This document shows positions 31,571 to 32,000 of a DNA stretch of 32,000 bases, piece by piece. This stretch comes from Mycoplasma mobile 163K. GTDB taxonomy: Bacteria > Bacillota_I > Bacilli_A > Mycoplasmatales > Metamycoplasmataceae. Below the pieces are notes generated by a model that saw only the letters and a program-made list of their open reading frames with translations, was not told the DNA's origin and made no database searches. How positions within the stretch are numbered: the stretch's first letter is position 1; each line of letters begins with the position of its first letter. Where the stretch lies: assembly GCF_000008365.1 (NCBI RefSeq), contig NC_006908.1, forward strand, positions 600,001 to 632,000, written 5' to 3'. A program made the position numbers and the translations under genes.

Positions 31571-31669
31571 ATTCAATTGAAATTTTGATAGAATAATTTA
31601 TGAGTAAAGATTTGCTTGATTCGTTTCATTAAGTAATGCTTAAAATAATTATCTATAAGGGGGTATTAA

Positions 31670-32000
31670 ATGACAAGTATTAAACACTTGCTAATAAATG
31701 CAAAAAAATATGATCAAAAAGAATTTGAAATTAAAGCGTGAGTTGCTTCCAATCGTGGAAATACTAATATTAGATTTGTTGAAATTAATGATGGTTCTAC
31801 AATTAAAAATTTACAAGTAGTAATTAAAAAAGAAATAATGAGTTTTTTGGAAGTTGATAAAATTAGACTTGGTGCTGCAATTCATGTTAAAGGTGTTTTA
31901 AAATATACTCCAGGTATGGCTCAAGAAATTGAATTAAATGCTGATAAATTTATTTTATTAAAAAATACAGATGAAGACTTTCCAATTCAAAAGAAAGAAA
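31670..32000 (+). CDS. asnS: Asparagine--tRNA ligase, N-terminal 110 aa (continues beyond window end)
   Basis: ATG 31670 is preceded by AAGGGGG. MTSIKHLLINAKKYDQKEFEIKAWVASNRGNTNIRFVEINDGSTIKNLQVV is the typical AsnRS N-terminal OB-fold anticodon-binding region; the W is TGA. Confidence 0.8.

Noticed and set aside
1-32000. Mobile elements (IS, ICE, prophage) or restriction-modification genes explaining the accessory genes
   Set aside because: I recognised no transposase, integrase, recombinase, DNA methyltransferase or phage structural motifs in any frame. The only repeat evidence is the 11-nt direct repeat reported as a low-confidence finding.

Overview
AT-rich Mollicutes-type (Mycoplasma-like) chromosome segment that must be read with genetic code 4 (TGA=Trp). 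The supplied standard-code ORF track breaks most genes at in-frame TGA codons, many on conserved Trp positions (MsrA GCFWG, PcrA YSWRGA, TrmB DPWPK). After hand-merging same-frame fragments I count 25 protein genes and one tRNA. I saw no rRNA, CRISPR array, transposase or integrase. Core content: der (partial); cmk as one continuous ORF with an in-frame N-terminal extension; dnaJ behind a CIRCE operator; a Q/P-rich protein with a SHOCT-like tail; tRNA-Thr(GGU); dnaE; a 5'-3' exonuclease; msrA; trmB; an HExxH surface protein; a DUF402 protein; trpS; an m5U RNA methyltransferase; asnS (partial). A tightly packed six-gene minus-strand array runs gyrA, GT2-like, RDD-like membrane protein, divergent UvrD-like helicase, 518-aa membrane protein, PcrA. 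Two regions look accessory. (i) An intact 1057-aa helicase-nuclease fusion at 22094-25267 (DUF4011-like N-terminus, Upf1-type SF1 helicase, Vsr/DUF559-like C-terminus; Hhe-like architecture). It is preceded by a small membrane protein with a degenerate PTS-EIIB-like domain. (ii) A loosely packed four-gene islet at 27942-31570 between the RNA methyltransferase and asnS. It holds a GIY-YIG/DUF4357 nuclease, a 42-aa basic peptide, a 3-TM membrane protein with a duplicated promoter, and an atypical three-domain Hanks-type Ser/Thr kinase. An 11-nt direct repeat brackets it. All domain calls rest on motif recognition by eye; no database search or HMM was run.
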